NCBI GenBank assembly: GCA_964016885.1
Contig: OZ024765.1
Coordinates: forward strand, 6,696,001-6,760,000
Source of the DNA: Eledone cirrhosa
Lineage: Eukaryota
Reading direction: 5' to 3'
Length of the DNA: 64,000 bases
Of the stretch, positions 61,601 to 64,000 are shown piece by piece; position 1 is the stretch's first letter, and each line of letters begins with the position of its first letter. The translations under genes were made by a program, and so were the position numbers. The notes under the pieces were generated by a model, which did not search any database, was not told the origin of the DNA, and saw only the letters and a list, made by a program, of their open reading frames with translations.

Positions 61601-64000
61601 CCAAACATTTAACACACCTGGAAACAGATTCAGGACCGTTAATGCATCATCACTACCAACACCACCACCCCCTGCATCACTCCAGACACCCTTCACGCTA
61701 CATTCATCATTACCATTACCCCCACCACCTTCATCATCTTTATCACTACCATCACCACCACCACCATCCTCCTCAACACCACATTCATCACCATCTTCAA
61801 CATTACCATTACCCCCACCACATTCATCATCTTTATCACTACCATCACCACCACCACCACCATCCTCAACACCACATTCATCACCATCTTCAACATCACC
61901 ACTACCACCACCACCACCAGAAAAAGAAGAGGAAGAGGAATATATATAAGTAGTGGCCAGCTCCTTACCTTTGGCCCCAGCAGTTATGAAACAAGGACCC
62001 TTTCTTTTCTTGAAATACCTCGAAACCAAAATCAAGGATTCTATGGACTGCAAAATAAAGAAGAGAAAATTTAGCCCCTTTAATACCAAAGCAGCAGAGA
62101 TCACCCTTTGTTCTGTGATACAGAACTGTTTGTTTTAAAGCAGTGGTCACCAACCGCTGATCCGAGAGAAAATTTGGGTGGGCCGCAGAAAAATCTGAAC
62201 ATTATTTGCAATTTTTATGTTTTCATCATCATTGTTTAACGTCTCTCTTCCACGCTAGCATGGGTTAGACTGGAATTGTCCCACTTGAAGCAAGATTGGA
62301 CTATCTGGCAGGTTTTCTACGGCTGGACGCCCTTCCTAACACCAACCACATTTACAGTGTGTTTTATTAATAAGATAACAAAAATAATATTTGGTTAAAA
62401 TATATTTTATAAACCCTCTTAAAAAATGTTCCTCCTTGGTAAAGAACTAACATCCATGAAAGAATTTTACACTTTTGAGTTTTTCAAAATTAAAGACTGG
62501 CTTTCAATAGAAAAATGGTAACAAAAGTGTTTATATTAATCTAAAAACCCTCCACCATGATTTTATGTAAGAACCTTTGTTAAGTTATGTTCAAAACACT
62601 AGCTCAATAATGAGTAAGTTAGGTATATTACTAAATCTCTCCAAATTTTTGAGTTTTTCAAAATTAAAGACTGGGGTTCAATAGAAAAATGGTAACAAAA
62701 GTGTTTATATTTATCTAAAAACCCTCCACCATGATTTTATGTAAGAACCTTTGTTAAGTTATGTTCCAAAGACCAGCTTGGGAATGAGAAAGTTAGTTAT
62801 ATTACTAAATCCCTTGATGGAAACTTTTAGATTACCTCATAGACAGGGATAGTCTTCTGGATCTTCAAAGTTGCTGAGTCCCAGAGAGTCACTACATTGT
62901 CACGACCAGAACTAGAATTGAAACAGGGAAATTGTTATAAAAATAAATACATAGATGGAGAGATAGATAGATAGAGAGGGTGATAGATAGATTTCTTTAT
63001 TTGCCACAAGGGTGCACAAGAAAAGGGGACAATACAAAGACATGCCGGGGATTTTACATACAGTCGTGTAAAAAATATAAAAACAAACAATTACATCAAT
63101 CGGAATCCTCAATAGGGGGGAAGTGCCACAAATGGGTTGTTTAATACCCCATCGACAGAACAACCCTCAACTCCAGGAGCGTGTTGTGCAAGTGCTCCTT
63201 TCTTCCTTTTGCTCTCTTCTGTAACCTACAGGTTTATAAACAGAGAAGGTGGGCCTTCACTTGGGCCATTTTTGCTTCATTCACCCACCTTTCAGTAAAT
63301 TTACTGGGGTGCAGTGCCTCTCTCTCTCCACCCTGATTCTCCTTCTAAAGTGATACTTAAAGAAGGGAATCAATTGTTGTCCGGAGAGAAAGGCATCTGT
63401 CCTCAGTCCTCTCAATCTCGTCCACCATAGTCACCGTACAGAGGAAAACCGCCTATCTTTCGATTTTGAAAGAGGCTGGCGGTTTGATCCTTACCATGGA
63501 CTCGGCAGTCAACTGGATTTGTCCCATACGCGACAGCAGTTGTTCTGCATAGTTCCACAGGTTGGTTATGCCCGGGCAGTGTACAATTGCGTGCTGGACT
63601 GTTTCAATGTCCTGCGCGCATCAGAGAGGGTGATAGATAGTCAAATAGACAGATAGTGAAATGGAGAGAGATAGACAGATAGGGAGAGAGATAGATACAG
63701 AGAAAAATAGATAGATAGTCAAATGGAAAGAGTGAGAGAGAGTTAGATAGACAGATAGAGAGAGAGATAGTTAGATAGAGAGAAACCAGATAGATAGGGA
63801 AGGGATGAGATAGATAGATAGATAGAAAGGGAGTGAGAGAAGGGGTAAGATAGATAGATAGATAAATAGAAAGATAGAGAAGGGTGAGAGCGAAAGAAGA
63901 ATCTAGAATGAAATATTTTGAATCCCATACCTGACCATAGTCTTGAAGTCTTCAGTTAGAATCATATCGGTGACTGCTGCTGAGTGATGGTTACATTTCT
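46513..64000 (-). CDS. TBL3: Transducin beta-like protein 3 / Utp13 (WD40 + Utp13 C-terminal domain); 5' part lies beyond the window
   Basis: 16 exons with consistent phases: 63931-64000, 62836-62911, 61969-62047, 61379-61617, 57250-57453, 56431-56534, 55547-55748, 54185-54274, 53004-53072, 51847-51914, 50907-51063, 49941-49999, 48300-48403, 47563-47631, 46961-47110, 46513-46643. Motifs SSGRDNVVTLWD...TIPVYESIE, LAVASNS, GHTDIV, VAFSPVDK, KWNTHS, AYTERHFKR are typical of TBL3. Confidence 0.93.
46961..47110 (-). CDS. TBL3: TBL3 exon
   Basis: TLINYMIKWNTHSIYSEIGQILLQKIL...DLQAYT. Confidence 0.9.
47563..47631 (-). CDS. TBL3: TBL3 exon
   Basis: EMYETGKTSKIWDILAELSDSQK; phases match neighbours. 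Confidence 0.85.
48300..48403 (-). CDS. TBL3: TBL3 exon (Utp13 domain)
   Basis: ETILSNARKAGNTQKALILALDLDKPQTIYNLLI. Confidence 0.9.
49000..49856 (-). mobile_element. CR1-type LINE 3' fragment
   Basis: LQSDLD...KCTTMHFG...ERDLGI...VRPHLEFASPVWNPY...LETVQRRATK, RKHFFTLRVAEAWNKLP, (TTA)n tail; related 3' ends at 53148-53450 (+) and 8350-8560 (-). Confidence 0.9.
49941..49999 (-). CDS. TBL3: TBL3 exon
   Basis: DITEEKKKEEDSERDEQLYK; GTAAGT donor. Confidence 0.9.
50600..50643 (-). ncRNA. Minimal type I hammerhead ribozyme motif (Penelope-like)
   Basis: AUCGUC-CUGAUGA-GGAC(CAGUUAA)GUCC-GAAA-UGCA-UC-AACGAU. Confidence 0.75.
50907..51063 (-). CDS. TBL3: TBL3 exon
   Basis: CTDGFLNIWNL...EAHTEHAWAIDIS...IVSGASDSLIRFWQ. 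Confidence 0.94.
51847..51914 (-). CDS. TBL3: TBL3 exon
   Basis: VLNHEMPVMKIILMNNGRHVVSG. Confidence 0.88.
52025..52300 (-). mobile_element. RTE-like LINE 3' fragment
   Basis: VLLWEPLYGHAGRGRPRLRYVDAL...MRDRDRWRELV; related end at 12510-12590. Confidence 0.75.
53004..53072 (-). CDS. TBL3: TBL3 exon
   Basis: CVLTASHDRTVRIWKISDFSTAM. Confidence 0.92.
54185..54274 (-). CDS. TBL3: TBL3 exon
   Basis: [30 protein letters not shown]. Confidence 0.94.
55082..55124 (+). ncRNA. Minimal hammerhead ribozyme motif
   Basis: GUCA-CUGAGGA-G-GUCACA(GAAUG)UGUGAC-GAAA-GAGC-UU-UGAC. Confidence 0.65.
55547..55748 (-). CDS. TBL3: TBL3 exon
   Basis: LLSVSTDCTVKMWKIP...HTKSISCVAVSPNDNLFVTGSEDHTAN. Confidence 0.94.
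56431..56534 (-). CDS. TBL3: TBL3 exon
   Basis: DKTIRLWLLGSDRSVHCVAVGYGHTMSVDAVAFFR. Confidence 0.93.
57250..57453 (-). CDS. TBL3: TBL3 exon
   Basis: FCGFFDDVLEVRYFG...LAVASNSEN...LRGHTDIVVGLDV...LLASSSK. Confidence 0.94.
57608..58212 (+). mobile_element. TTAA-flanked MITE carrying two tandem SINE copies
   Basis: MITE ends ttaaccctttagc and caaagggttaa; SINEs at about 57690-57873 and 57906-58076 bounded by repeated attatattgaacct. Confidence 0.85.
58509..58555 (+). ncRNA. Hammerhead motif within a perfect 60-bp inverted repeat
   Basis: CUUC-CUGAAGA-UUUCAUCUGAAU-GAAA-CAG(UACUAGUC)CUG-UA-GAAG; homologous decayed copy at 924-974. Confidence 0.6.
58598..59366 (-). mobile_element. Second, shorter 3' copy of the same RTE LINE in tandem
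   Basis: Near-identical to about 59385-60115 (AEDIRRLERNEACMLRW...KTRL plus 3' UTR and GAT tail). Confidence 0.92.
59385..61345 (-). mobile_element. 5'-truncated RTE-clade LINE with uninterrupted RT ORF, Cys-rich (PHD-like) insert, 3' UTR and (GAT)n tail
   Basis: NYRGIKL, QFGF, FVDLEKAFDRVPR, GVHQGSVLSPLLF, LLYADD, YLGD, RLRWYGHVMR, GRPRKTW; stop at 59738. Confidence 0.95.
61379..61617 (-). CDS. TBL3: TBL3 exon
   Basis: VLNVWDSDKG...DDDDDDSGGGDDESVVVVDNDFIISVYNPTDLSCKKQ. Confidence 0.85.
61969..62047 (-). CDS. TBL3: TBL3 exon
   Basis: SIESLILVSRYFKKRKGPCFITAGAKG. Confidence 0.9.
62836..62911 (-). CDS. TBL3: TBL3 exon
   Basis: SGRDNVVTLWDSATLKIQKTIPVYE. Confidence 0.92.
62985..63620 (-). 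mobile_element. L1/Tx1-like LINE 3' fragment
   Basis: CAQDIETVQHAIVHCPGITNLW (zf-RVT-like motif); AATAAA followed by (TCTA)n tail. Confidence 0.7.
63931..64000 (-). CDS. TBL3: TBL3 exon (partial, window edge)
   Basis: KCNHHSAAVTDMILTEDFKTMVS; GTATGG donor. Confidence 0.85.

Noticed and set aside
59738-62104. 788-aa ORF as a single autonomous LINE ORF2
   Set aside because: No APE endonuclease; the N-terminal 250 aa are TBL3 exons and intron sequence.

Overview
AT-rich, intron-rich animal genomic DNA with abundant (TA)n/(CA)n/(CAT)n microsatellites, SINEs, LINE fragments and MITEs. The repeat landscape resembles an octopus/cephalopod genome, which is an inference. Three conserved genes were rebuilt exon by exon with consistent GT-AG sites and phases: PSMB1 (minus, 6 exons, 30447-41831), LSM2 (plus, 4 exons, 42234-45784, head-to-head with PSMB1) and the 3' 16 exons of TBL3/UTP13 (minus, 46513-64000). 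A fourth, unrecognised spliced gene (13191-19884, plus) encodes a membrane-anchored, acidic, Cys/Ser/Gln-rich 11-aa tandem-repeat protein of about 680-705 aa. Notable features: a dense set of type I hammerhead-ribozyme motifs in Penelope-like remnants (one in the sense strand of a TBL3 intron, one family with a 62-nt insert in helix II); an inverted, splice-intact copy of a TBL3 exon inside a PSMB1 intron; a young RTE LINE whose reverse transcriptase is in frame with two TBL3 exons; and several minisatellites grown from retroelement tails. Most ORFs in the supplied track are microsatellite artefacts.
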